Assembly: GCA_964016885.1 (NCBI GenBank)
Contig: OZ024751.1
Span: 47,120,001 to 47,184,000 of the forward strand
DNA: 64,000 nt
Direction of reading: 5' to 3'
DNA from: Eledone cirrhosa
Lineage: Eukaryota
Part shown: positions 38,701 to 53,861 of the stretch, one piece after another
Position numbering within the stretch: position 1 is the stretch's first letter
Layout of the letters: every line of letters begins with the position of its first letter
Notes under the pieces: model-generated
What the model was told of the DNA's origin: nothing
The model's database searches: none
The model's input: only the letters and a program-made list of their open reading frames with translations
Translations under genes and position numbers: made by a program

Positions 38701-41700
38701 TAGCCACTCTATGTACCACATACAGTAGCCAGTCTCTCATATAGCCACTCTATGTACCACATACAGTAGCTAGTGTCTCATATAGCCACTCTATGTACCA
38801 CATACAGTAGCCAGTCTCTCATATAGCCACTCTATGTACCACATACAGTAGCCAGTCTCTCATATAGCCACTCTATGTACCACATACAGTAGCTAGTGTC
38901 TCATATAGCCACTCTATGTACCACATACAGTAGCTAGTGTCTCATATAGCCACTCTATGTACCACATACAGTAGCTAGTGTCTCATATAGCCACTCTATG
39001 TACCACATACAGTAGCCAGTCTCTCATATAGCCACTCTATGTACCACATACAGTAGCTAGTGTCTCATATAGCCACTCTATGTACCACATACAGTAGCCA
39101 GTCTCTCATATAGCCACTCTATGTACCACATACAGTAGCTAGTCTCTCATATAGCCACTCTATGTACCACATACAGTAGCTAGTGTCTCATATAGCCTCT
39201 CTATGTACCACATACAGTAGCTAGTGTCTCATATAGCCTCTCTATGTACCACATACAGTAGCCAGTCTCTCATATAGCCACTCTATGTACCACATACAGT
39301 AGCTAGTCTCTCATATAGCCTCTCTATGTACCACATACAGTAGCTAGTGTCTCATATAGCCACTCTATGTACCACATACAGTAGCCAGTCTCTCATATAG
39401 CCACTCTATGTACCACATACAGTAGCTAGTGTCTCATATAGCCTCTCTATGTACCACATACAATAGCCAGTCTCTCATATAGCCACTCTATGTACCACAT
39501 ACAGTAGCTAGTGTCTCATATAGCCACTCTATGTACCACATACAGTAGCCGGTCTCTCATATAGCCACTCTATGTACCACATACAGTAGCCAGTCTCTCA
39601 TATAGCCACTCTATGTACCACATACAGTAGCTAGTGTCTCATATAGCCACTCTATGTACCACATACAGTAGCCGGTCTCTCATATAGCCACTCTATGTAC
39701 CACATACAGTAGCCAGTCTCTCATATAGCCACTCTATGTACCACATACAGTAGCCAGTCTCTCATATAGCCACTCTATGTACCACATACAGTAGCCAGTC
39801 TCTCATATAGCCTCTCTATGTACCACATACAGTAGCCAGTCTCTCATATAGCCACTCTATGTACCACATACAGTAGCCAGTCTCTCATATAGCCACTCTA
39901 TGTACCACATACAGTAGCTAGTGTCTCATATAGCCACTCTATGTACCACATACAGTAGCCGGTCTCTCATATAGCCACTCTATGTACCACATACAGTAGC
40001 CAGTCTCTCATATAGCCACTCTATGTACCACATACAGTAGCTAGTGTCTCATATAGCCTCTCTATGTACCACATACAGTAGCCAGTCTCTCATATAGCCA
40101 CTCTATGTACCACATACAGTAGCTAGTCTCTCATATAGCCACTCTATGTACCACATACAGTAGCTAGTCTCTCATATAGCCACTCTATGTACCACATACA
40201 GTAGCTAGTGTCTCATATAGCCTCTCTATGTACCACATACAGTAGCCAGTCTCTCATATAGCCTCTCTATGTACCACATACAGTAGCCAGTCTCTCATAT
40301 AGCCACTCTATGTACCACATACAGTAGCCAGTCTCTCATATAGCCACTCTATGTACCACATACAGTAGCTAGTGTCTCATATAGCCTCTCTATGTACCAC
40401 ATACAGTAGCCAGTCTCTCATATAGCCTCTCTATGTACCACATACAGTAGCTAGTGTCTCATATAGCCACTCTATGTACCACATACAGTAGCTAGTGTCT
40501 CATATAGCCACTCTATGTACCACATACAGTAGCCAGTCTCTCATATAGCCACTCTATGTACCACATACAGTAGCTAGTGTCTCATATAGCCTCTCTATGT
40601 ACCACATACAGTAGCCAGTCTCTCATATAGCCTCTCTATGTACCACATACAGTAGCTAGTGTCTCATATAGCCACTCTATGTACCACATACAGTAGCTAG
40701 TGTCTCATATAGCCTCTCTTTGTACCACATACAGTAGCCAGTCTCTCATATAGCCACTCTATGTACCACATACAGTAGCTAGTGTCTCATATAGCCACTC
40801 TATGTACCACATACAGTAGCCAGTCTCTCATATAGCCACTCTATGTACCACATACAGTAGCCAGTCTCTCATATAGCCACTCTATGTACCACATACTGTA
40901 GCCAGTCTCTCATATAGCCACTCTATGTACCACATACAGTAGCCGGTCTCTCATATAGCCACTCTATGTACCACATACAGTAGCTAGTGTCTCATATAGC
41001 CTCTCTATGTACCACATACAGTAGCCAGTCTCTCATATAGCCTCTCTATGTACCACATACAGTAGCTAGTGTCTCATATAGCCACTCTATGTACCACATA
41101 CAGTAGCTAGTGTCTCATATAGCCTCTCTATGTACCACATACAGTAGCCAGTCTCTCATATAGCCACTCTATGTACCACATACAGTAGCTAGTGTCTCAT
41201 ATAGCCACTCTATGTACCACATACAGTAGCCAGTCTCTCATATAGCCACTCTATGTACCACATACAGTAGCCAGTCTCTCATATAGCCACTCTATGTACC
41301 ACATACTGTAGCTAGTGTCTCATATAGCCACTCTATGTACCACATACAGTAGCCGGTCTCTCATATAGCCACTCTATGTACCACATACAGTAGCCAGTCT
41401 CTCATATAGCCACTCTATGTACCACATACAATAGCTAGTGTCTCATATAGCCACTCTATGTACCACATACAGTAGCCAGTCTCTCATATAGCCACTCTAT
41501 GTACCACATACAGTAGCTAGTGTCTCATATAGCCTCTCTATGTACCACATACAGTAGCCAGTCTCTCATATAGCCACTCTATGTACCACATACAGTAGCC
41601 AGTCTCTCATATAGCCACTCTATGTACCACATACTGTAGCTAGTGTCTCATATAGCCTCTCTATGTACCACATACAGTAGCCAGTCTCTCATATAGCCTC

Positions 41701-44700
41701 TCTATGTACCACATACAATAGCTAGTGTCTCATATAGCCTCTCTATGTACCACATACAGTAGCCAGTCTCTCATATAGCCACTCTATGTACCACATACAG
41801 TAGCTAGTGTCTCATATAGCCACTCTATGTACCACATACAGTAGCCAGTCTCTCATATAGCCTCTCTATGTACCACATACAATAGCTAGTGTCTCATATA
41901 GCCTCTCTATGTACCACATACAGTAGCCAGTCTCTCATATAGCCACTCTATGTACCACATACAGTAGCTAGTGTCTCATATAGCCACTCTATGTACCACA
42001 TACAGTAGCCAGTCTCTCATATAGCCACTATGTACCACATACAGTAGCTAGTGTCTCATATAGCCTCTCTATGTACCACATACAGTAACCAGTCTCTCAT
42101 ATAGCCACTCTATGTACCACATACAGTAGCTAGTGTCTCATATAGCCACTCTATGTACCACATACAGTAGCCGGTCTCTCATATAGCCACTCTATGTACC
42201 ACATACAGTCTAGTGTCTCATATAGTCTAGTGTCTCATACAGTCTAGTGTCTCATATAGCCACTCTATGTACCACATACAGTAGCTAGTGTCTCATATAG
42301 CCTCTCTATGTACCACATACAGTAGCTAGTGTCTCATATAGCCTCTCTATGTACCACATACAGTAGCCAGTCTCTCATATAACCTCTCTATGTACCACAT
42401 ACAATAGCTAGTGTCTCATATAGCCACTCTATGTACCACATACAGTAGCTAGTGTCTCATATAGCCTCTCAATGTACCACATACAATAGCTAGTGTCTCA
42501 TATAGCCACTCTATGTACCACATACAGTAGCTAGTGTCTCATATAGCCACTCTATGTACCACATACAATAGCTAGTGTCTCATATAGCCACTCTATGTAC
42601 CACATACAGTAGCCAGTCTCTCATATAGCCACTATGTACCACATACAGTAGCTAGTGTCTCATATAGCCACTCTATGTACCACATACAATAGCTAGTGTC
42701 TCATATAGCCACTCTATGTACCACATACAGTAGCCAGTCTCTCATATAGCCACTCTATGTACCACATACAGTAGCTAGTGTCTCATATAGCCTCTCTATG
42801 TACCACATACAGTAGCCAGTCTCTCATATAGCCACTCTATGTACCACATACAGTAGCCAGTCTCTCATATAGCCACTCTATGTACCACATACAGTAGCTA
42901 GTGTCTCATATAGCCTCTCTATGTACCACATACAGTAGCCAGTCTCTCATATAGCCTCTCTATGTACCACATACAATAGCTAGTGTCTCATATAGCCTCT
43001 CTATGTACCACATACAGTAGCCAGTCTCTCATATAGCCACTCTATGTACCACATACAGTAGCTAGTGTCTCATATAGCCACTCTATGTACCACATACAGT
43101 AGCCAGTCTCTCATATAGCCACTATGTACCACATACAGTAGCTAGTGTCTCATATAGCCTCTCTATGTACCACATACAGTAGCCAGTCTCTCATATAGCC
43201 ACTCTATGTACCACATACAGTAGCTAGTGTCTCATATAGCCACTCTATGTACCACATACAGTAGCCAGTCTCTCATATAGCCACTCTATGTACCACATAC
43301 AGTAGCTAGTGTCTCATATAGCCACTCTATGTACCACATACAGTAGCTAGTGTCTCATATAGCCACTCTATGTACCACATACAGTAGCTAGTGTCTCATA
43401 TAGCCATTCTATGTACCACATACAGTAGCCAGTCTCTCATATAGCCACTCTATGTACCACATACAGTAGCTAGTGTCTCATATAGCCTCTCAATGTACCA
43501 CATACAATAGCTAGTGTCTCATATAGCCACTCTATGTACCACATACAGTAGCCAGTCTCTCATATAGCCACTCTATGTACCACATACAATAGCTAGTGTC
43601 TCATATAGCCTCTCCACGTACCACATACAATAGCTAGTGTCTCATATAGCCTCTCTATGTACCACATACAGTAACCAGTCTCTCATATAGCCTCTCTATG
43701 TACCACATACAGTAGCCAGTCTCTCATATAGCCACTCTATGTACCACATACAATAGCTAGTGTCTCATATAGCCACTCTATGTACCACATACAGTAGCTA
43801 GTGTCTCATATAGCCTCTCAATATACCACATACAGTAGCCAGTCTCTCATATAGCCACTCTATGTACCACATACAATAGCTAGTGTCTCATGTAGCCACT
43901 CTATGTACCACATACAGTAGCCAGTCTCTCATATAGCCACTCTATGTACCACATACAGTAGCTAATGTCTCATATAGCCACTCTATGTACCACATACAGT
44001 AGCCAGTCTCTCATATAGCCACTCTATGTACCACATACAGTAGCTAGTGTCTCATATAGCCACTCTATGTACCACATACAGTAGCTAGTGTCTTATATAG
44101 CCACTATGTACCACATACAGTAGCCAGTCTCTCATATAGCCACTCTATGTACCACATACAATAGCTAGTGTCTCATATAGCCTCTCCACGTACCACATAC
44201 AATAGCTAGTGTCTCATATAGCCTCTCTATGTACCACATACAGTAACCAGTCTCTCATATAGCCTCTCTATGTACCACATACAGTAGCCAGTCTCTCATA
44301 TAGCCACTCTATGTACCACATACAATAGCTAGTGTCTCATATAGCCACTCTATGTACCACATACAGTAGCTAGTCTCTCATATAGCCTCTCTATGTACCA
44401 CATACAGTAGCTAGTGTCTCATATAGCCACTCTATGTACCACATACAGTAGCTAGTGTCTCATATAGCCTCTCTATGTACCACATACAATAGCTAGTCTC
44501 TCATATAGCCTCTCTATGTACCACATACAATAGCTAGTGTCTCATATAGCCACTCTATGTACCACATACAATAGCTAGTCTCTCATATAGCCACTCTATG
44601 TACCACATACAGTAGCCAGTCTCTCATATAGCCACTCTATGTATCACATACAGTAGCCAGTCTCTCATATAGCCTCTCTATGTACCACATACAGTAGCCA

Positions 44701-47700
44701 GTCTCTCATATAGCCTCTCTATGTACCACATACAGTAGCTAGTGTCTCATATAGCCACTCTATGTACCACATACAGTAGCTAGTGTCTCATATAGCCACT
44801 CTATGTACCACATACAATAGCTAGTGTCTCATATAGCCACTCTATGTACCACATACAGTAGCTAGTGTCTCATATAGCCACTCTATGTACCACATACAAT
44901 AGCTAGTGTCTCATATAGCCACTCTATGTACCACATACAGTAGCTAGTCTCTCATATAGCCTCTCTATGTACCACATACAGTAGCTAGTCTCTCATATAG
45001 CCTCTCTATGTACCACATACAGTAGCTAGTGTCTCATATAGCCATTCTATGTACCACATACAATAGCTAGTCTCTCATATAGCCTCCCTATGTACCACAT
45101 ACAGTAGCTAGTGTCTCATATAGCCACTCTATGTACCACATACAGTAGCCGGTCTCTCATAGAGCCACTCTATGTACCACATACAGTAGCTAGTGTCTCA
45201 TATAGCCTCTCTATGTACCACATACAATAGCTAGTCTCTCATATAGCCTCTCTATGTACCACATACAGTAGCCAGTCTCTCATATAGCCACTATGTACCA
45301 CATACAGTAGATAGTGTCTCATATAGCCACTCTATGTACCACATACAATAGCTAGTGTCTCATATAGCCACTCTATGTACCACATACAGTAGCCAGTCTC
45401 TCATATAGCCACTCTATGTACCACATACAGTAGCTAGTGTCTCATATAGCCTCTCTATGTACCACATACAGTAGCCAGTCTCTCATATAGCCTCTCTATG
45501 TACCACATACAGTAGCCAGTCTCTCATATAGCCTCTCTATGTACCACATACAGTAGCTAGTCTCTCATATAGCCTCTCTATGTACCACATACAGTAGCTA
45601 GTGTCTCATATAGCCACTCTATGTACCACATACAGTAGCTAGTGTCTCATATAGCCTCTCTATGTACCACATACAGTAGCCAGTCTCTCATATAGCCACT
45701 CTATGTACCACATACAGTAGCTAGTGTCTCATATAGCCTCTCTATGTACCACATACAGTAGCTAGTGTCTCATATAGCCTCTCTATGTACCACATACAGT
45801 AGCCAGTCTCTCATATAGCCTCTCTATGTACCACATACAATAGCTAGTGTCTCATATAGCCTCTCTATGTACCACATACAGTAGCCAGTCTCTCATATAG
45901 CCACTCTATGTACCACATACAGTAGCTTGTGTCTCATATAGCCACTCTATGTACCACATACAGTAGCCAGTCTCTCATATAGCCACTCTATGTACCACAT
46001 ACAGTAGCTAGTGTCTCATATAGCCACTCTATGTACCACATACAGTAGCTAGTGTCTCATATAGCCACTCTATGTACCACATACAGTAGCTAGTGTCTCA
46101 TATAGCCATTCTATGTACCACATACAGTAGCCAGTCTCTCATATAGCCACTCTATGTACCACATACAGTAGCTAGTGTCTCATATAGCCTCTCAATGTAC
46201 CACATACAATAGCTAGTGTCTCATATAGCCACTCTATGTACCACATACAGTAGCCAGTCTCTCATATAGCCACTCTATGTACCACATACAATAGCTAGTG
46301 TCTCATATAGCCTCTCAATGTACCACATACAATAGCTAGTGTCTCATATAGCCTCTCTATGTACCACATACAGTAACCAGTCTCTCATATAGCCTCTCTA
46401 TGTACCACATACAGTAGCCAGTCTCTCATATAGCCACTCTATGTACCACATACAATAGCTAGTGTCTCATATAGCCACTCTATGTACCACATACAGTAGC
46501 TAGTGTCTCATATAGCCTCTCAATATACCACATACAGTAGCCAGTCTCTCATATAGCCACTCTATGTACCACATACAATAGCTAGTGTCTCATATAGCCA
46601 CTCTATGTACCACATACAGTAGCCAGTCTCTCATATAGCCACTCTATGTACCACATACAGTAGCTAGTGTCTCATATAGCCACTCTATGTACCACATACA
46701 GTAGCTAGTGTCTCATATAGCCACTATGTACCACATACAGTAGCCAGTCTCTCATATAGCCACTCTATGTACCACATACAATAGCTAGTGTCTCATATAG
46801 CCACTCTATGTACCACATACAGTAGCTAGTCTCTCATATAGCCTCTCTATGTACCACATACAGTAGCTAGTGTCTCATATAGCCACTCTATGTACCACAT
46901 ACAGTAGCTAGTGTCTCATATAGCCTCTCTATGTACCACATACAATAGCTAGTCTCTCATATAGCCTCTCTATGTACCACATACAATAGCCAGTGTCTCA
47001 TCTAGCCACTCTATGTACCACATACAATAGCTAGTCTCTCATATAGCCACTCTATGTATCACATACAGTAGCTAGTGTCTCATATAGCCACTCTATGTAT
47101 CACATACAGTAGCCAGTCTCTCATATAGCCTCTCTATGTACCACATACAGTAGCCAGTCTCTCATATAGCCTCTCTATGTACCACATACAGTAGCTAGTG
47201 TCTCATATAGCCACTCTATGTACCACATACAGTAGCTAGTGTCTCATATAGCCACTCTATGTACCACATACAATAGCTAGTGTCTCATATAGCCACTCTA
47301 TGTACCACATACAGTAGCTAGTGTCTCATATAGCCACTCTATGTACCACATACAATAGCTAGTGTCTCATATAGCCACTCTATGTACCACATACAGTAGC
47401 TAGTCTCTCATATAGCCTCTCTATGTACCACATACAGTAGCTAGTCTCTCATATAGCCTCTCTATGTACCACATACAGTAGCCAGTCTCTCATATAGCCT
47501 CTCTATGTACCACATACAGTAGCTAGTGTCTCATATAGCCACTCTATGTACCACATACAATAGCTAGTGTCTCATATAGCCACTCTATGTACCACATACA
47601 GTAGCTAGTGTCTCATATAGCCACTCTATGTACCACATACAATAGCTAGTGTCTCATATAGCCACTCTATGTACCACATACAGTAGCTAGTCTCTCATAT

Positions 47701-50700
47701 AGCCACTCTATGTACCACATACAGTAGCTAGTGTCTCATATAGCCTCTCTATGTACCACATACAGTAGCCAGTCTCTCATATAGCCTCTCTATATACCAC
47801 ATACAGTAGCTAGTGTCTCATATAGCCATTCTATGTACCACATACAATAGCTAGTCTCTCATATAGCCTCTCTATGTACCACATACAGTAGCCAGTCTCT
47901 CATATAGCCACTCTATGTACCACATACAGTAGCCAGTCTCTCATATAGCCTCTCTATGTACCACATACAGTAGCTAGTGTCTCATATAGCCACTCTATGT
48001 ACCACATACAGTAGCTAGTCTCTCATATAGCCTCTCTATGTACCACATACAATAGCTAGTGTCTCATATAGCCTCTCTATGTACCACATACAGTAGCTAG
48101 TCTCTCATATAGCCTTTCTATGTATCACATACAGTAGCTAGTGTCTCATATAGCCTCTCTATGTACCACATACAATAGCTAGTCTCTCATATAGCCTCTC
48201 TATGTACCACATACAGTAGCCAGTCTCTCATATAGCCACTATGTACCACATACAGTAGCTAGTGTCTCATATAGCCACTCTATGTACCACATACAATAGC
48301 TAGTGTCTCATATAGCCACTCTATGTACCACATACAGTAGCCAGTCTCTCATATAGCCACTCTATGTACCACATACAGTAGCTAGTGTCTCATATAGCCT
48401 CTCTATGTACCACATACAGTAGCCAGTCTCTCATATAGCCTCTCTATGTACCACATACAGTAGCCAGTCTCTCATATAGCCTCTCTATGTACCACATACA
48501 GTAGCTAGTCTCTCATATAGCCTCTCTATGTACCACATACAGTAGCTAGTGTCTCATATAGCCACTCTATGTACCACATACAGTAGCTAGTGTCTCATAT
48601 AGCCACTCTATGTACCACATACAGTAGCTAGTGTCTCATATAGCCACTCTATGTACCACATACAGTAGCCAGTCTCTCATATAGCCACTCTATGTACCAC
48701 ATACAGTAGCTAGTGTCTCATATAGCCACTCTATGTACCACATACAGTAGCCAGTCTCTCATATAGCCACTCTATGTACCACATACAGTAGCTAGTGTCT
48801 CATATAGCCACTCTATGTACCACATACAGTAGCTAGTGTCTCATATAGCCACTCTATGTACCACATACAGTAGCTAGTGTCTCATATAGCCATTCTGTGT
48901 ACCACATACAGTAGCCAGTCTCTCATATAGCCACTCTATGTACCACATACAGTAGCTAGTGTCTCATATAGCCTCTCAATGTACCACATACAATAGCTAG
49001 TGTCTCATATAGCCACTCTATGTACCACATACAGTAGCCAGTCTCTCATATAGCCACTCTATGTACCACATACAATAGCTAGTGTCTCATATAGCCTCTC
49101 AATGTACCACATACAATAGCTAGTGTCTCATATAGCCTCTCTATGTACCACATACAGTAACCAGTCTCTCATATAGCCTCTCTATGTACCACATACAGTA
49201 GCCAGTCTCTCATATAGCCACTCTATGTACCACATACAATAGCTAGTGTCTCATATAGCCACTCTATGTACCACATACAGTAGCTAGTGTCTCATATAGC
49301 CACTCTATGTATCACATACAGTAGCCAGTCTCTCATATAGCCACTCTATGTACCACATACAGTAGCTAGTGTCTCATATAGCCACTCTATGTACCACATA
49401 CAGTAGCTAGTGTCTCATATAGCCACTCTATGTACCACATACAGTAGCCAGTCTCTCATATAGCCTCTCTATGTACCACATACAATAGCTAGTGTCTCAT
49501 ATAGCCACTCTATGTATCACATACAGTAGCCAGTCTCTCATATAGCCTCTCTATGTACCACATACAGTAGCCAGTCTCTCATATAGCCTCTCTATGTACC
49601 ACATACAGTAGCTAGTGTCTCATATAGCCACTCTATGTACCACATACAGTAGCTAGTGTCTCATATAGCCACTCTATGTACCACATACAATAGCTAGTGT
49701 CTCATATAGCCACTCTATGTACCACATACAGTAGCCAGTCTCTCATATAGCCACTCTATGTACCACATACAATAGCTAGTTTCTCATATAGCCACTCTAT
49801 GTACCACATACAGTAGCTAGTCTCTCATATAGCCTCTCTATGTACCACATACAGTAGCCAGTCTCTCATATAGCCACTCTATGTATCACATACAGTAGCC
49901 AGTCTCTCATATAGCCACTCTATGTACCACATACAGTAGCCAGTCTCTCATATAGCCTCTCTATGTACCACATACAGTAGCCAGTCTCTCATATAGCCTC
50001 TCTATGTACCACATACAGTAGCTAGTGTCTCATATAGCCACTCTATGTACCACATACAGTAGCTAGTGTCTCATATAGCCACTCTATGTACCACATACAG
50101 TAGCTAGTGTCTCATATAGCCTCTCTATGTACCACATACAGTAGCTAGTCTCTCATATAGCCTCTCTATGTACCACATACAGTAGCTAGTGTCTCATATA
50201 GCCATTCTATGTACCACATACAATAGCTAGTCTCTCATATAGCCTCTCTATGTACCACATACAGTAGCTAGTGTCTCATATAGCCACTCTATGTACCACA
50301 TACAGTAGCTAGTCTCTCATATAGCCTCTCTATGTACCACATACAATAGCTAGTGTCTCATATCGCCTCTCTATGTACCACATACAGTAGCTAGTCTCTC
50401 ATATAGCCTCTCTATGTATCACATACAGTAGCTAGTGTCTCATATAGCCTCTCTATGTACCACATACAGTAGCTAGTGTCTCATATAGCCACTCTATGTA
50501 CCACATACAGTAGCTAGTGTCTCATATAGCTACTCCATGTACCACATACAGTACCTAGTGTCTCATATAGCCACTCTATGTACCACATACAGTAGCTAGT
50601 CTCTCATATAGCCTCTCTATGTACCACATACAGTAGCTAGTGTCTCATATAGCCTCTCTATGTACCACATACAGTAGCTAGTGTCTCATATAGCCACTCT

Positions 50701-51108
50701 ATGTACCACATACAGTAGCTAATGTCTCATATAGCTACTCCATGTACCACATACAGTAGCTAGTGTCTCATATAGCCACTCTATGTACCACATACAGTAG
50801 CTAGTGTCTCATATAGCTACTCCATGTACCACATACAGTACCTAGTGTCTCATATAGCCACTCTATGTACCACATACAGTAGCTAGTGTCTCATATAGCC
50901 ACTCTATGTACCACATACAGTAGCTAGTGTCTCATATAGCTACTCCATGTACCACATACAGTACCTAGTGTCTCATATAGCCTCTCTATGTACCACATAC
51001 AGTAGCTAGTGTCTCATATAGCCACTCTATGTACCACATACAGTAGATAGTGTCTCATATAGCCACTCTATGTACCACATACAGTAGCCAGTCTCTCATA
51101 TAGCCACT
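35752..51108. repeat. 41-bp satellite, ~370 copies (ATAGCCACTCTATGTACCACATACAGTAGCTAGTGTCTCAT)
   Basis: Period of 41 measured directly; homogeneous from ~35890, with diverged monomers at 35752-35890; a few 39-bp deletion variants. Confidence 0.98.
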
Positions 51109-51323
51109 GTAACTACCTTTGAGGTGGTCATTGATGGCACTTTTAGAACTAATCAATTGACCACTTCTCTTCTGGCCAATTGAGTTGGTTGGTCAACCTG
51201 AAGAGGGTCAGCCAGAAAAGGTGTCCCCTCTCTTCCTAGTTTCCTCTCTCTCTCTCTCTCATGCAAACATAATATACACAAACTCCACCTATTTAGTTTA
51301 TATACCAGTATACACATGTACAG

Positions 51324-51357
<34 letters not shown>

Positions 51358-51602
51358 GTGTGTGTGTGTGTGTAGTTCAAGAATAAACAGGACAAAAACA
51401 GATGCACAAACAAGCCTAAGGTTCACGCTTGGGAAGAAGTAAATGAGAGTATCGGACATAAGTCGTTCTTCAGGAAATAACAAGTTCGGAGAGAGAGAAG
51501 GGGGGTACGAGGGAGAGAGAAGGTTGGGACAAGGGAGTTTATAAAGCTGGAAATAAAAAGGGACTTAAGTCCGTAGATTTTTTCCTTGAGTTATCTTCCT
51601 TA

Positions 51603-51810
51603 CTACCTAATTGTTTAGAAGCCAATATTTTGAGCTGCTAGGGAGGGGGAGGGGGGTTATATCTGACTGGTGTGTGTATGTGTGAGTGTAAATGTGGGGG
51701 GGGGGGGCTTTTGTGTTACCTAATTGTTTAGAAGCCAATGTTTTGAGCTGTGTAGGGAGAGTGGGGGGGTTTATATCTGAGTGATGTGGTGTGTTAGTGT
51801 GAGTGCATAT
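51603..51810. repeat. Diverged two-copy direct repeat (period ~114 bp)
   Basis: TACCTAATTGTTTAGAAGCCAAT(A/G)TTTTGAGCTG...TTATATCTGA occurs at ~51603 and ~51717. Confidence 0.8.
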
Positions 51811-52055
51811 ACAAATATATATATTTATGGAGAGAACAAAAAGAAGCGAGAAAGTGGGAGAGAGATATCTCTGTACACATTTTAAAATTAATATTTAAGG
51901 GATGGATAAGAATAGATAACCTGAAGCAAGAATCATACACATGTCGGCCTAAAACCAACTCCTGAAGGTCAAATTATAAAACTATAAAAACTATAACAAA
52001 TAAAAACCCAGTAAAGTTTTAATACTATACTTGATAATATTATTATTACTATTAT

Positions 52056-52175
52056 TCTGAGTTCAAATCCCGCCGAGGTTGACTTTGCCTTTCATCCTTA
52101 CGGGGTCGATAAAATAAAGTACCAGTAATGCACTGGTAATTGCTGGCCTTGTGCCTAAAGTAGAAACAATTATTA
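52056..52175 (+). mobile_element. tRNA-derived SINE with Deu/Nin-like domain, 5'-truncated
   Basis: B-box-like GAGTTCAAATCC, then GCCGAGGTTGACTTTGCCTTTCATCCTTACGGGGTCGATAAAATAAAGTACCAG; (ATT/ACT)n tail. Confidence 0.8.
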
Positions 52176-52196
52176 TTACTATTATTACTATTACTA

Positions 52197-52378
52197 AGGG
52201 CGGTGAATTGGCAGTATCAGTAGAGGGTCCGACGCCATGCTTTTCAGCATAGAGTTACAGCCCTTTACGTTCAGATTTCAAATCCCGCCGAGGTTAACTT
52301 TGCCTTTCATCCTTACGGGGTCGATAAAATAATTGCTGGCTTTGTGCCAAAAATAGAAACAATTATTACTATTATTAT
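52197..52378 (+). mobile_element. Same SINE family, near full length with internal deletion
   Basis: GGCGGTGAATTGGCAG head, TTCAAATCCCGCCGAGG...GCCTTTCATCCTTACGGGGTCGATAAAA core, ATT tail. Confidence 0.8.
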
Positions 52379-52415
52379 ATATATATGTGTGTGTGTGCAC
52401 GCGCGTACAGGGTAA

Positions 52416-52580
52416 AGGCGGCAAATTCGTAGAGTCGTTAGAGCGTCTGATAGAATGCTTTGTGGTATTCGTTCCGGCTCTTTGCTCTCTCAGTGCAAAA
52501 TCCAGCCGAGGTCAACTTTGCCTTTCATCCTTTCGAGGTCGATAAAAAAAAAGTACCAGTCAAGTACTGGGGTAGATTCT
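52416..52580 (+). mobile_element. Same SINE family, third tandem copy
   Basis: GGCGGCAAATTCGTAGAGTCGTTAG head; GCCGAGGTCAACTTTGCCTTTCATCCTTTCGAGGTCGATAAAA..AGTACCAGT core. Confidence 0.8.
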
Positions 52581-52761
52581 TCCTCTATATCTCTTTCTCA
52601 TTCCATGTCTCCCTCACTTTCTATCTTTCTCTGGAAGAAATCTGCTGTACTCAGACGTGGAGAGGGATGAGCTCTGCCAGGCTTAAGATGCCCAAGAAAC
52701 GCCGTATGTCAATACGGCGTCCCTACGACTCTATCAGGAGTTACGGGGCCATACATACATA

Positions 52762-52838
52762 CAGGGTGTCCTCCAAAAAGTATACACATACTTATTAGAA
52801 TGTTGTTGAAGTGTGTATACATTTTTTTAGACACCCTG
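52762..52838. mobile_element. 77-bp Tc1/mariner-type MITE
   Basis: Imperfect TIRs CAGGGTGTC..AAAAAGTATACAC and GTGTATAC.TTTTT..GACACCCTG; TA on the left side only. Confidence 0.6.
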
Positions 52839-52912
52839 GCCAGAGTGTGTATGTATATATATATACACACACATACATGTATTTGTATTATGGAGTAAGG
52901 GAGATAAGCGCA

Positions 52913-53228
52913 GAAATTTATAATAAATTGAAGTAAAAACCAACAGGTGCGTGTGTTTTAATTGGTAGCATGCCCCCCCCCCCAAAAAAAAAGTATAACA
53001 ATATATGTATATATGTATTTATGTATGTATATATATGTGTGTGTCAGTTTGTTTGTGTATGCTAGCGTAGTCCCCGTCCAAAAATTGCTAGGTTCATAGT
53101 AAAATAATATTTAATAACTATAACTATTGAACCAACCAACCAACCTGAAATTTATAATAAATCGAAGTGAAACCAACAGGTGCGTGTGTTATTATCGACA
53201 ACATGGCCCTCCCAAAGTATAACAATAA
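52913..53228. repeat. Diverged ~85-bp direct repeat pair
   Basis: AAATTTATAATAAAT(T/C)GAAGT..AAACCAACAGGTGCGTGTGTT...AAAGTATAACAATA at ~52913 and ~53147. Confidence 0.8.
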
Positions 53229-53861
53229 CTATAACTTCATTCTATGTGAAGATACTTGAATCCTCTATTTTCCTGACTTCTCCCTCTTATTACATATGAC
53301 ACATAAACCATGTCTGCATTTCATTTTACATTAATTTAAGACAATTTGGCTCTGCCAACTACCTACCACATTACATATTTCTGTAGTCTGTTTTGTTGTT
53401 CTTAGTTCACATCAACCTCTCGCTGGGTCTTCGATAATTATCTCCCTTGCTCTAAATCCTCTCTATTTACTGACTAACTCGTTCTGCACACACATAGATA
53501 TACACGTTGACGGTGAAAAACACACACCACATGCAACGGTAAAAAACACACACAGACATACACCACATATAGACATACACATACATACGTTTAGACGGAC
53601 AGAAACACATACACACACAAGACACCGATCGGCACATACACAACACTGCGATGGGCGCATACACACACACAACACACCGATGCTTACATACACAACACAC
53701 CGCTGGACAGACACATACACACTATATTTTGTTTAATTCCCTGCAATAATTTCTACCACCTCACAAACATACATTCTCTATCTATATTTATCACACGTTT
53801 TAAACACAATCATCGCCTCACAACCGCTTATATCTGTCACTAGTTATTTAATACACCACTT

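Noticed and set aside
35649-51108. Helitron reading (TC start, hairpin plus CTAG in each monomer)
   Set aside because: TC/CTAG ends are not consistent across the four family X copies; not excluded, but less well supported than a retro-remnant origin.
51195-51230. CTGAAGA...GAAA...TC hammerhead-like core (similar partial cores near 34564 and on the minus strand near 55835-55871)
   Set aside because: Stems I and III do not pair, or the core is mutated.
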